A DNA stretch of 61,914 nt from Planctomycetota bacterium (GCA_024275995.1 JAJRYB010000022.1:1-61914); one strand, 5' to 3'; shown: positions 10,421 through 20,304, numbered from the stretch's first letter. Translations and numbers: made by a program. Notes: generated from the sequence alone by a model not told the origin.

Positions 10421-12076
10421 CTACTGCTCGTAAGTCCTTCCGGCGCGCCCAGCCTTGAAGTTGCGCTTGGCGCAGCCCATGTGCTTCCGGCCCCACGTCG
10501 ATGGATACGATCCGGTGACGCATCCGACGCACAGGCTTTCTCCTTCGACGTTAAGGCACGGCTCGAGATCAGCAACGGGCAGGTATCGCAGGCTGTCCAC
10601 GTGAAGCACCCTGGCCATTGCGGCGAGCGTATCAGGATCGGGCTCGCCCTTGTATCCCGGAGGAATGAACTTCGGCGCGAACAGCTCGCCGAGGGTTGAC
10701 ATGTCTATTCCGTAGAAGCATGGCGCAACTATCGGCGGGCACGCCACGCGAACGTGTATTTACCTGGCGCCCCCGCGAGAGCGTATCTTCTCCGCCAAAG
10801 TCACCAGCGTCGTCGACCGCACGATGGAATCCTCGATCAGGAAAACCCGCTTGCCCGCCAGCACACCCGGAAGCGGGGTGTACTTGCCTTTGGCGCTTCG
10901 CCCGCGGCTGGAGGTCGGCTGGATGAACGTCCGCCCGATGTAGCGGTTGCGGATAAGGCCTTCCACGCACGGAACTTTCATCGCGTAGGCGAAGGCGTCC
11001 GCCGCCCCCTTTGCCGTGTCCGGGACCGGGACCACGATGCAATCGTCGTCCATTTCCTCGTCTTCCATCTCCGCCAGCTTCTGCCCGCTCCGGCTGCGCG
11101 CCAGGTAAACCGACGAGCCGTCGATCTCGCTGGCGACGTTGGAAAAGTAAACCCACTCGAAGAAACACCTCGCCTTGCGAGGGGACGGCGCGAATCGACG
11201 GATCCGCACGCCGCCATTTTCGATGATCGCCATTTCGCCTGGTTTCAGCGATTGTATGTCCGCAAAACCGATGTTGCTCAGGGCGACCGATTCGCTCGCA
11301 GCCCCGAACAGCTTGCCCTGCACCGACCAGTTCAACGGGCGCAACCCCAGCGGGTCCCGCGCGACGAACATCCGCCCCATCGCGTCGAGATAGACGATGT
11401 TGTACGCCCCGTCGAAGCTCCGCGACAGCGATCCCATTACCTTATCCAACGGGGGCGGACTGTCCCCGCGCAGACGATACGCCAGCGAGTGCATGACAAT
11501 CTCGGTGTCAGTGTTCATCGAGAAATGATAATTGCGCTTCGCCAGCAGGCGGTCGCGCAGTTCGGCGTAGTTGGCGAGCTGCCCGTTGAACGCGAAGCTG
11601 AACCACTTCCAAAGCCTGCCGTGATGCCTCTCGAACGGCTGGGCGTATCGCACGTCGTCCAGCCCGCAGGTGGCGTAGCGGGTATGCCCGATAACCGCCT
11701 TTCCGGCGTATTCCTCCATAATCGCGCGGTACTTGAGCGGATGTGACATCCGGAACGACTCGGTTACCGTTCCGATATCCCTGTAGGTGTCGAGCAGTTG
11801 CGCCCGCCCCGGGTGGTAGCTGCTCAACCCGCTGGCGAGCTGGCCGCGGTTCTGGAGGTCCAGCAGCATCGAAGGCATGAGCGACGCCACGTCGCCGAGG
11901 TGGACGGACCGGCTGGCGGGTCCGGATTTACCGGCGGCACGATCCAGCCAATACAAAGCCGCCACACCACACTCGTGATGAAGCACTTCACTCAAGGTTC
12001 CACTCCCATCTTGTCGAAACCGCTTCCTGAACGGACGGAAATCCGTGAGAGCTTCATCATAGCGTTCGGAAGGCAT
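10421..12076 (-). pseudogene. purF: Amidophosphoribosyltransferase interrupted by one in-frame TAA at 10760-10762
   Basis: HHE-CGV Ntn cleavage site, GHTRYAT, FNGQL, RDPLGLRPL, CFFEWVYF, IEDSIVRSTT; the same frame continues after the TAA with [22 protein letters not shown]. May be a sequencing error. Confidence 0.85.
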
Positions 12077-12170
12077 TCAAGCGAAACCAATATGACAAAA
12101 CCTTCCATAAGCAAATGTAATAACCGAAAGGTTGCCGCCGTTCGCGGCGGGTTCCGGCGAATCGTGCCGG

Positions 12171-12524
12171 CTACCGGTCTTTGTAGACTCTCGCCTCGCC
12201 GTATCGGCCGACGTAAACGGCGAAGTGTCTCGGATAACCGGGCCGCATGCCCTTGCGATCGAACAGGACCCAGCGGGCGCCATCGTCCACTTTCTTGTCG
12301 TTTACCTTGTACCCGCCGAGATCCATGCCTTCGCTTCTCGCCAGGTTCCGCGCGATGCTAATCGCCTCGCCCTTGTCCACCTTTTTGCGCGATTGCTCCC
12401 TGTCGCCTTTTTTGCCTTCGTCGCCCAGCCGGACGTCTATCTTGGCGCACCCAGCCAACATGAAAAATGCCGACAGGCTGAGAATCGCCGGTAAAATCCG
12501 CCATCGAAAGTTTCCGTTCCGCAT
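12171..12524 (-). CDS. Small lipoprotein, hypothetical
   Basis: RBS AAAGGAG; lipobox LAGC after a hydrophobic stretch. Confidence 0.7.
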   Translation of the reverse strand: MRNGNFRWRILPAILSLSAFFMLAGCAKIDVRLGDEGKKGDREQSRKKVDKGEAISIARNLARSEGMDLGGYKVNDKKVDDGARWVLFDRKGMRPGYPRHFAVYVGRYGEARVYKDR

Positions 12525-12559
12525 CTCGATACTCTCCTTTCGCAATGGATCGGCAATCG

Positions 12560-14077
12560 CTACGAAATCCGTTCCTGCACGAAGCTGACGACATCCCCTG
12601 CCGCTATCCGCTGCTGGAGAAGCGAATCGCGATCGCGGATCGTCACGGTATCGTCCTCGATAGTCTGGCCGTCAACGGTAACGCACAGCGGCGTGCCGGC
12701 TTCGTCCTGGCGGCGGTATCGTCTGCCGATCGCGCCCTTCTCGTCGTAGAAACTCGCCAGTCCAGCATCCCGGCAGGCGGCGTGTATCTTCCGGGCGACT
12801 TCCGGCATGCCTTCCTTCTTGACCAGCGGGAAGACTGCTACCTTTATCGGCGCGATCCGCGGGTGGAACTTCATCACGACGCGCGACTGCATCTTGCCCT
12901 TATCGTCAGGCTGCTCGTCCTCGGTGTACGCCTCGCAGAGGAACGCCAGGACCGCCCGGTCAACGCCGCCTGACGGCTCGATTACGTAGGGGATGAACCG
13001 CTCCCTCGTCTCGTCGTCGAAGTAGGTCATGTCCCTGCCGGAAGCTTCCTGGTGGGCCTTGAGATCGTAATCCGTCCGGTTGGCGATGCCCTCCAACTCG
13101 CTGACGCCGAAGGGGAACTCGTATTCCACGTCCGCGCACGCGCGGGCGTAGTGGGCAAGCTCGTCGGTCTCGTGGTTCCGCAGGCGGAGTTTTTCGCTCT
13201 TGAGGCCATGATCTATATACCATTGAAACCGCGCGTCGCGCCAGTACTCGTACCACTTGTCGGCCTCGTCAGCCCGGCAGAAGAACTCGATTTCCATCTG
13301 CTCGAACTCGCGCGAGCGGAACGTGTAATTGCGCGGGTTGATCTCGTTGCGGAACGCCTTTCCGATCTGCGCGATACCGAACGGAAGCTTCAGCCGTGAC
13401 GTGTCCAGCACGTTCTTGAAATTGGCGAAAATCCCCTGGGCCGTCTCAGGACGGAGATACACGACGGAGGCGGAATCTTCCGACGCACCGGCATGGCTCT
13501 TGAACATTAGATTGAACTGTCGCGGCTCGGTAAGCTCCCCACCACATTTTGGACATGGGCAAACTTCATCTTTGGAGAGTTCGTCCGTCCGAAGGACCGT
13601 TTCCGACAAATCGTCTTTGGTATTTGCAAATTTACGGCGAGTTTTGCTGTTCGCGCTGCGACGGGCTTCCTGCAAGGCTGATTGTTCATCGTCTGCTTCC
13701 ACGACCGCCGTAAGAATTATTCCGTCGTTCTTGTCTCGAATAACTACGGTGAAAACCTTATCTACACGGAAGCGGGCCTTACATTCTTTGCAATCAACCA
13801 TCGGGTCGTTGAATCCTCCGACGTGGCCGGAGGCTTCCCAGACCTTCGGGTTCATTATGATGGAGCAGTCCAGGCCCACGATATCGTCGCGCCGGCGGAC
13901 GACGTCTTCCCACCAGGCGTTCTTGACGTTTCGTTTGAGTTCGACGCCGAGCGGCCCGTAGTCCCAGAACCCGTTGATCCCGCCGTAGATTTCCGACGAT
14001 TGGAAGATGAACCCTCGCCGTTTGCACAGGGCTGAGAGTTTTTCCATCAGGGTGTTGTCTTTGTTTTCCGCTGCCAT
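12560..14077 (-). CDS. glyQS: Glycine--tRNA ligase, alpha2 (homodimeric) type
   Basis: KRRGFIFQSSEIYGG, LRPETAQG, GKAFRNEI, FRSREFEQME, VIEPSGG, and anticodon domain IGRRYRRQDEAG. Confidence 0.96.
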   Translation of the reverse strand: MAAENKDNTLMEKLSALCKRRGFIFQSSEIYGGINGFWDYGPLGVELKRNVKNAWWEDVVRRRDDIVGLDCSIIMNPKVWEASGHVGGFNDPMVDCKECKARFRVDKVFTVVIRDKNDGIILTAVVEADDEQSALQEARRSANSKTRRKFANTKDDLSETVLRTDELSKDEVCPCPKCGGELTEPRQFNLMFKSHAGASEDSASVVYLRPETAQGIFANFKNVLDTSRLKLPFGIAQIGKAFRNEINPRNYTFRSREFEQMEIEFFCRADEADKWYEYWRDARFQWYIDHGLKSEKLRLRNHETDELAHYARACADVEYEFPFGVSELEGIANRTDYDLKAHQEASGRDMTYFDDETRERFIPYVIEPSGGVDRAVLAFLCEAYTEDEQPDDKGKMQSRVVMKFHPRIAPIKVAVFPLVKKEGMPEVARKIHAACRDAGLASFYDEKGAIGRRYRRQDEAGTPLCVTVDGQTIEDDTVTIRDRDSLLQQRIAAGDVVSFVQERIS

Positions 14078-14313
14078 GTCCTGCTCTTGTGTTATCGGGG
14101 GAAAAACGCGGCCTCGCTCCGGACCGCCGACAAGTCAGGGATAATAGACTCCGCGGGAGCAAATTACAACCTGCCTGCCCCGACGAAACGGGAAGTTACG
14201 CCCGCGAAAGGTTTCTTTGAGCGCGGCTGCGCACTTGTATTTTGCGCCGGAAGTTGGAGAATTTCTGCAACACGGAATAGAACGAAATAGGAAGGTCTTG
14301 CGAGGAATCGAAC

Positions 14314-15366
14314 ATGACGAAAAGCGACGCGGCAAACCTGCCCGCGGCAATCGAAAGTGAAGACCAGTTGGCCGAGCTCCTAAGCCGTCCGACACCTCAG
14401 GTCGTCGATGCCTTTGGAGCCATGAAAGGCGACCTGGCGATAATAGGCGGCGGCGGAAAAATCGGACCGTCGCTTGTAGGCATGGCCTGCAGGGCTCGCG
14501 ATGAGGCAGGCGCGGAAACACGGATCACCGTGGTAGACCGCTTCCCCGAGCAGGGCGTGCGCGACTCGCTGGAGAAACTCGGCGCCGAGACTGTCGCGTG
14601 CGACCTTCTGGACCCCCAGGCTGCGAAATCTCTCCCTCCGGCGGAGAACGTCCTCTACATGATCGGCATGAAGTTCGGAACCATGGACAACCCGTCGCTG
14701 ACCTGGGCGGTGAACGGACTGATACCCGCATACGTAATGCCTCGCTACCGCGACGCGCGAATCGTAGCGTTCTCCACGGGATGCGTGTACAGCCTGGTCC
14801 CTCTCGATTCCGGCGGGTCCGTCGAGACGGATCCGACCGAACCGATGGGCGAATACTCCAATTCGTGCGTCGCCAGGGAGCGTATTTTCGAGCATTGCGC
14901 GATCGCCGGAAAAACCAGGCTCCTGCTGCTGCGTCTCAACTACGCGGTGGAAATGCGATACGGCGTGCTGGTGGATATCGCCTCGGCAATCGCCCGTTCC
15001 GAACCGGTGGACGTCGAAATGGGGCACCTGAACTGCATCTGGCAGGGCGACGTGAACGCAGCCGTGCTGCGCCTGCTCGAACACGCCTCCTATCCGCCGG
15101 TTCCGCTGAACCTCAGCGGAGCCGAGACGCTGAGCGTGCGCGACCTTGCCGGGCAAATGGCGAAGGTCATGGGCAAGCCCGTCACGTTCACCGGCAGCGA
15201 GGCTGAGACCGCCCTTCTGAGCAACTCGTCGAAAGCGCGCGAGATTCTCGGCGATCCTCCGACCCCGATAGGCCGCGTGGTCGAATGGACAGGCAAATGG
15301 GTCGCCGCGGGCGGAAAAGACATCGGAAAACCGACGCACTTCCAGACGCGCGACGGGAAGTATTAG
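14314..15366 (+). CDS. NAD-dependent epimerase/dehydratase (extended SDR)
   Basis: GGGGKIG Rossmann motif, GMKFG, FSTGCVY, EYSNSCVARE, C-terminal KPTHFQTRDGKY. Confidence 0.82.
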   Translation: MTKSDAANLPAAIESEDQLAELLSRPTPQVVDAFGAMKGDLAIIGGGGKIGPSLVGMACRARDEAGAETRITVVDRFPEQGVRDSLEKLGAETVACDLLDPQAAKSLPPAENVLYMIGMKFGTMDNPSLTWAVNGLIPAYVMPRYRDARIVAFSTGCVYSLVPLDSGGSVETDPTEPMGEYSNSCVARERIFEHCAIAGKTRLLLLRLNYAVEMRYGVLVDIASAIARSEPVDVEMGHLNCIWQGDVNAAVLRLLEHASYPPVPLNLSGAETLSVRDLAGQMAKVMGKPVTFTGSEAETALLSNSSKAREILGDPPTPIGRVVEWTGKWVAAGGKDIGKPTHFQTRDGKY

Positions 15367-15385
15367 GAGTAATAGGAGTAAACAG

Positions 15386-16456
15386 ATGGACCCTGCACCG
15401 ATAGACCCGTGGGCGATGGAGAAACTCGCCTCGGGATGCGTAATTCCAGCCCACCCGCTGGCGCTGAACGACGAGGGGCAATTCGACGTTCGCCACCAGC
15501 GCAGCCTGACCCGCTACTACGCAGCCGCCGGCGCCGGCGGCGTAGCCGTCGGGGTGCACACCACGCAGTTCGAGATACGCCGGCCTGAGATTTCCCTGCT
15601 GGAGACGGTGCTGAAATGCGCATCTGAGACACTCGACGAGATCGAACGGTCCGGCGGGGCGAAGCTGCTTCGCATCGCCGGCGTGTGCGGGCGAACGCCC
15701 CAGGCGCTCGCCGAGGCGAGGCTCGCACGCGAGATGGGTTATCACATCGCCCTGCTGAGCCTCGCGGCGCTTAACGACGCCGACGACGAAACGCTGATAC
15801 GCCATTGCGAAGCGCTCTCGGCAGAGATTCCACTGCTGGGGTTCTACCTCCAGCCCGCCGTCGGAGGACGCCGGTTGGGGTATGACTTCTGGCGACGCTT
15901 CGCAGCCATCCCGAACGTCGTCGGCGTGAAGGCAGCGCCGTTCAACCGGTACATGACTCTGGACGTAATTCGCGGCGTGGCTGCGAGCGGACGCGCCGGG
16001 GAGGTGTGCCTCTACACCGGAAACGACGATAATATCGTCGTCGATCTTATGACGCGCTTCAACGTGGCGACGGACGAGGGAGAGGTTTCCATGGAATTCG
16101 TCGGCGGACTGCTGGGCCACTGGGCGGTCTGGACGAAGGGCGCCGTTGAGATACTGCATCGCGCCCGCGCCGCAGCGGGGCGAGCTTCCGTACCCGCGGA
16201 GATGCTTTCGCTCGCAGCCGAGGTTACGGACATGAACGCGGCGCTGTTCGACGTGGCGAACGACTTCGCCGGGTGCATCGCCGGCGTACAGCACGTTCTG
16301 TGCAAACAGGGATTGCTGGCCTCTACGCGATGCCTGAATCCGCGGGAGGCGCTCTCGGAAGGGCAGGCCGAACAGATCGACCGCGTCCGGCGCGAGTATC
16401 CGCTCCTGGTGGACGACGATTTCGTCGCCGGGCATCTGAACGAATGGCTGGATTAG
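15386..16456 (+). CDS. Dihydrodipicolinate-synthase/NAL-superfamily class I aldolase-like protein
   Basis: VIPAHPLAL, GVHTTQF, GFYLQ, Schiff-base Lys in VVGVKAAPF, LYTGNDD. Confidence 0.82.
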   Translation: MDPAPIDPWAMEKLASGCVIPAHPLALNDEGQFDVRHQRSLTRYYAAAGAGGVAVGVHTTQFEIRRPEISLLETVLKCASETLDEIERSGGAKLLRIAGVCGRTPQALAEARLAREMGYHIALLSLAALNDADDETLIRHCEALSAEIPLLGFYLQPAVGGRRLGYDFWRRFAAIPNVVGVKAAPFNRYMTLDVIRGVAASGRAGEVCLYTGNDDNIVVDLMTRFNVATDEGEVSMEFVGGLLGHWAVWTKGAVEILHRARAAAGRASVPAEMLSLAAEVTDMNAALFDVANDFAGCIAGVQHVLCKQGLLASTRCLNPREALSEGQAEQIDRVRREYPLLVDDDFVAGHLNEWLD

Positions 16457-16616
16457 AGCAACGAAAGAATGAGATGTCGTATGGTTTCGTCGGTGAGGAC
16501 AAGGCCGGCAAGGAAGGAAAATAAGGCATATTCGCCAATATTCCGAATTTTTCCTGACGCCGCCGGCCGACGCCGCAAACAGAAAACATGCGGCAGGTCA
16601 ATCTTGAATTGCTCTA
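16454..16616 (+). mobile_element. MITE-like structured repeat, copy 1 (163 bp, TA-flanked, ~35 bp imperfect TIR)
   Basis: Begins TAGAGCAACGAAAGAATGAGATG and ends CAGGTCAATCTTGAATTGCTCTA; homologous copies at 17005 and 24121. Confidence 0.8.
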
Positions 16617-16817
16617 GACATCTCCTCCGCGACGGCGACGGCTTCGCCAAAGCTCGACCTTCAGGTCCATCACGAACCCCCAGACAAGGAAGGCGAACCC
16701 TATTACGCCCAGCGCAATGGCGTACCATTCAAACCACGGTTTCATGTCGCCGATTTTGTACACCGCCAGCAGTATCGTGTGCGCGAGTATCAGAAGTGCC
16801 CCGGTCATCATTCGCAT
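16614..16817 (-). CDS. Small (67 aa) two-TM membrane protein with basic C-terminal tail
   Basis: RBS TAAGGAG upstream of ATG 16817; two hydrophobic segments; ends RSRRRRGGDV. Confidence 0.65.
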   Translation of the reverse strand: MRMMTGALLILAHTILLAVYKIGDMKPWFEWYAIALGVIGFAFLVWGFVMDLKVELWRSRRRRGGDV

Positions 16818-17004
16818 AAGTCGCTCCTTATCGGCGGTGGCAGGAAGTGAACCATCATAATACCGCCCGCCGCTTATCGTCGCAACCCGGGGAATCCCCC
16901 AGGCAGTGCGGCGCGCGTTTCGATCTTGCAATATCAAGCCGGATCGATACCATTGCCTTTTTCGGACGGTTCTCTTTGAAACTACAAGACGCTGCCTGGG
17001 CTTT

Positions 17005-17168
17005 TAGAGCACCGAAAGTTTGAGATGTCGTATGGCTTCGTCGGTGAGGACAAGGTCGGCAAGGAACGAAAATGCAGGCATATCCTGACGATATGTCGAA
17101 TTTTCGTGACGCCGCCGACTGCAGCCGCAAACAGAAGACGTGCGGCAGATCAAACTTGAGTTGCTCTG
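17005..17168 (+). mobile_element. MITE-like structured repeat, copy 2 (more diverged)
   Basis: TAGAGCACCGAAAGTTTGAGATGTCGTATGG...CAGATCAAACTTGAGTTGCTCTG; collinear with copy 1. Confidence 0.78.
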
Positions 17169-17194
17169 GCCCCTCGTAAAAGGAGCTCGAAACA

Positions 17195-18658
17195 ATGCAG
17201 CAAGCTGCCGCGGACCTTGGCCTGATCGGCCTGGCTGTAATGGGACAAAACCTGGTCCTCAACATGAACGACAAGGGTTTCACCGTGGGCGTATTCAACC
17301 GCACGGTGAGCAAGGTGGACGATTTCCTCAACGGACCGGCAGCCGGTCGTGAAACGATCCTCGGCGCCCATAGCATCGAGGAATTCGTATCCCTGCTGAA
17401 ACGTCCGCGCCGCGTGATGCTGCTGGTAAAGGCGGGTTCGGCTGTGGACGCCTTCATCGAGAAGCTCCTGCCGCATCTTGAGGAAGGCGATATCATTATC
17501 GACGGTGGAAACAGCAACTTTCACGACACGATCCGCCGCTACGAATACGTCGAGAGCAAGGGCATGCTATATATCGGGACGGGTGTCTCCGGAGGCGAAG
17601 AAGGCGCGCGTCACGGGCCCAGCATAATGCCCGGTGGAAGCCCTGCCGCGTGGGAACACGTAAAACCGATCTTCCAGGCGGTCTCCGCGAAAGTGGATGA
17701 CGGCGAGCCTTGCTGCGACTGGGTGGGCGAGAACGGCGCGGGGCATTTCGTGAAGATGGTCCACAACGGTATCGAGTACGGCGATATGCAGCTTATCTGC
17801 GAAGCGTACCACCTGATGCAGACCATCGGAATGACCCCGGCTGAGATGTCCGAGGTATTCGCGCGTTGGAACCAAGGCGAGCTGGACAGCTACCTGATCG
17901 AGATCACGCGCGATATCCTCGCCAGGACGGACGACGAAACGGGCAAGGCGATGGTAGACGTGATCATGGACCGCGCCGGGCAGAAGGGGACCGGAAAGTG
18001 GACCGTGATAACCGCCTGTCAGCTCGGCATGCCGGTTACGCTGATCGGCGAGGCGGTCTTCGCGCGGTGCCTCTCGGCTATCAAGGAAGAGCGAGTCGCG
18101 GCGGCGCAGGTTCTTCGTGGCCCGAAACGCGCGTTCAAGGGCGACCGGGAAAAGTTCGTCGAGGATATCCGGCAGGCGCTCTACGCCAGCAAGATATGCT
18201 CGTACGCCCAGGGCTTCCAGATGATGCGCGCGGCGGCTGCGGAATACGACTGGAACCTGAACTTCGGAGGGATCGCACTTATGTGGCGAGGAGGGTGCAT
18301 TATCCGCAGCCAGTTCCTCGGTAAAATCAAGGACGCCTTCAGCCGAAAGAGGAAGAAAGTGGTGAACCTGCTGCTGGTGCCCTACTTCAAATCCGCCGTA
18401 CGCAAGGCGCAAGGCTCCTGGCGGCGCGTTATCACCCAGGCGGTCAAGCTGGGCGTTCCGGTTCCGGCCTTCTCCACGGCGCTTGCGTACTACGACGGGT
18501 ATCGCAACGCACGCCTGCCGCAGAATCTGCTCCAGGCGCAACGGGATTATTTCGGCGCGCATACCTACGAGCGCGTGGACAAACCCGTCGGCGAATTCTT
18601 CCACACCAACTGGACCGGTTCCGGCGGCGATACCACGGCAAGCACCTACACGGCGTAA
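17195..18658 (+). CDS. gnd: NADP-dependent 6-phosphogluconate dehydrogenase (decarboxylating)
   Basis: [54 protein letters not shown]. Confidence 0.97.
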   Translation: MQQAAADLGLIGLAVMGQNLVLNMNDKGFTVGVFNRTVSKVDDFLNGPAAGRETILGAHSIEEFVSLLKRPRRVMLLVKAGSAVDAFIEKLLPHLEEGDIIIDGGNSNFHDTIRRYEYVESKGMLYIGTGVSGGEEGARHGPSIMPGGSPAAWEHVKPIFQAVSAKVDDGEPCCDWVGENGAGHFVKMVHNGIEYGDMQLICEAYHLMQTIGMTPAEMSEVFARWNQGELDSYLIEITRDILARTDDETGKAMVDVIMDRAGQKGTGKWTVITACQLGMPVTLIGEAVFARCLSAIKEERVAAAQVLRGPKRAFKGDREKFVEDIRQALYASKICSYAQGFQMMRAAAAEYDWNLNFGGIALMWRGGCIIRSQFLGKIKDAFSRKRKKVVNLLLVPYFKSAVRKAQGSWRRVITQAVKLGVPVPAFSTALAYYDGYRNARLPQNLLQAQRDYFGAHTYERVDKPVGEFFHTNWTGSGGDTTASTYTA

Positions 18659-18671
18659 CGATTGCGGATTG

Positions 18672-20159
18672 ATGAAAAACATTATCGAGAAACTGAAACA
18701 GGCGATCGCCCTGGACGTGTATGAACCGAGCGTTCACCGCGTCGGGGAGGTTACGTATTTCCTGGCGCGTCACGGACACCAGAAGGTCGTAGGCGCAATC
18801 GGCGACGACGAGATATCGGGCCGGCGCACAGGAAGCGTGGACGGACTGGCCGTAACCCTCGGCGAGTGCAACCACGAAAACGCACACACGATCCGTAACG
18901 AGCTGCCGTGGACGCGACCACGCTGCATCGGGCTGGCGACCAGCGCGGGCCTGGGCGACAGGCTGGGACTGGCGACGCCGGGACACGTCCGCGCGATACG
19001 AACCTGCGGAGCGGGCGTAACGCCGATTTTCGCCCAGCAGTCCATACGCGAGATGACACGCACGCAGCGCACGGCCCGGCAGGTAATAGACGCCGCTACC
19101 TGGGGAGTGCTCCAGGAAGGTTTTGGTAGTGACGGTGAAGTGTTCGGCTCCGATGCGGACCACCTCCAGCAGCCGGGCGATATCGACGTGACCGTCGCGG
19201 CTGGGTTCACGATGTTCACTATCGACCCCGGACTGCACGTGGAAAACCAGGCCGACGAGATGCACACCGACATGCTGGCGGACTACTTCGCCAAGCTGGA
19301 CTTCGAAGGCCTGGAAATATCCGAAGCGGACCTGACGAGCGCATACGTCGGAAAGACTTTCTCACTGGCCGGGGGAGGAGAAATCTCTTTCGACGAGATA
19401 TCGTTCCTCAGGGCGGCCGCTAAATATGGAAACGCCGTCGCGCACACAGCGAGCATGCACCGCCATCTCGCCGGAGTCGCCAGGGACGATTTCGAGTTGG
19501 AGGTTTCCGTCGACGAGACGGAGAGTCCGACAAGTCCGGCTGAGCACTATTTCTTCGCCTCCGAGCTGAAACGGCTGGGCGTGCAGTGGGTCTCGATGGC
19601 GCCGCGGCTGGTCGGACGAATGGAAAAAGGCGTGGACTACATCGGCGATCCGGAAAAGTTCCGATCGAGCTTCGCCGCTCACGCAGCCGTCATGAGAACG
19701 CTCGGCCCTTACAAAATTTCGATCCACTCCGGAAGCGACAAGTTCAGCATCTATCCCGTAATCGCGGAACTGACCGACGGGCTGGTTCACCTCAAGACGG
19801 CAGGGACCAGCTACCTGGAGGCGATCCGCGCGATAGCGTCGATAGACCCCGACCTGTTCCGGGAAATATACGACTTCGCCCGCGAGCACTACGATCAGGA
19901 CAAGGCCACCTACCACGTCTCGGCGGACATGGACAAGGTTCCCCCGGCAGGCGATTTCACCAACGACGATCTTGCCGCCCGCATCGACGATTTCGATACC
20001 CGCCAGGCGATGCACTGCACGTTCGGGTCCGTCCTTACCGCCGACGGCGGCGATCTGTTCCGCAAGCGAATCTACGAAGCGCTCGAGCGCGACGAAGATG
20101 TCTACTACGCCGCACTGGAAAAACACCTGGGCCGGCACGTGCAGCCGTTCGCGAGGTAA
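18672..20159 (+). CDS. uxaE: Tagaturonate/fructuronate epimerase
   Basis: GLGDRLGLATPGH, FAQQSIREM, GSDADHL, ELEVSVDE, EKGVDY, KISIHSGSDKF, HLKTAGTSYLEA. Confidence 0.9.
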   Translation: MKNIIEKLKQAIALDVYEPSVHRVGEVTYFLARHGHQKVVGAIGDDEISGRRTGSVDGLAVTLGECNHENAHTIRNELPWTRPRCIGLATSAGLGDRLGLATPGHVRAIRTCGAGVTPIFAQQSIREMTRTQRTARQVIDAATWGVLQEGFGSDGEVFGSDADHLQQPGDIDVTVAAGFTMFTIDPGLHVENQADEMHTDMLADYFAKLDFEGLEISEADLTSAYVGKTFSLAGGGEISFDEISFLRAAAKYGNAVAHTASMHRHLAGVARDDFELEVSVDETESPTSPAEHYFFASELKRLGVQWVSMAPRLVGRMEKGVDYIGDPEKFRSSFAAHAAVMRTLGPYKISIHSGSDKFSIYPVIAELTDGLVHLKTAGTSYLEAIRAIASIDPDLFREIYDFAREHYDQDKATYHVSADMDKVPPAGDFTNDDLAARIDDFDTRQAMHCTFGSVLTADGGDLFRKRIYEALERDEDVYYAALEKHLGRHVQPFAR

Positions 20160-20172
20160 AACAACGTAGCAA

Positions 20173-20262
20173 GTCCCAAAGGGACGTAATAAGACAGCCC
20201 AAGAAAGCGAAGCCCTGGGAAAAAGGCCGAAAAATATCACAAGCCCTGTAAGGGCGAAATAG
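20173..20262. repeat. REP-like cluster of short hairpins
   Basis: GTCCC-AAA-GGGAC (20173-20185), a degenerate GCCCAAG..GCCCTGGG, and GCCCT-GTA-AGGGC (20243-20255) in an A-rich spacer. Confidence 0.55.
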
Positions 20263-20304
20263 CAAAACCAACACCGATAAAAAACAAGGCCCGGAGAAAA
20301 ATCG

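Noticed and set aside
10760-10762. Stop-codon reassignment, selenocysteine or pyrrolysine at the purF stop
   Set aside because: The codon is TAA (not TGA or TAG), replaces a Glu, and TAA terminates other genes normally here.
13540-13790. Intein in glyQS
   Set aside because: Too short, with no C/S...HN-C/S/T splice motifs; it is the Zn-ribbon insertion.
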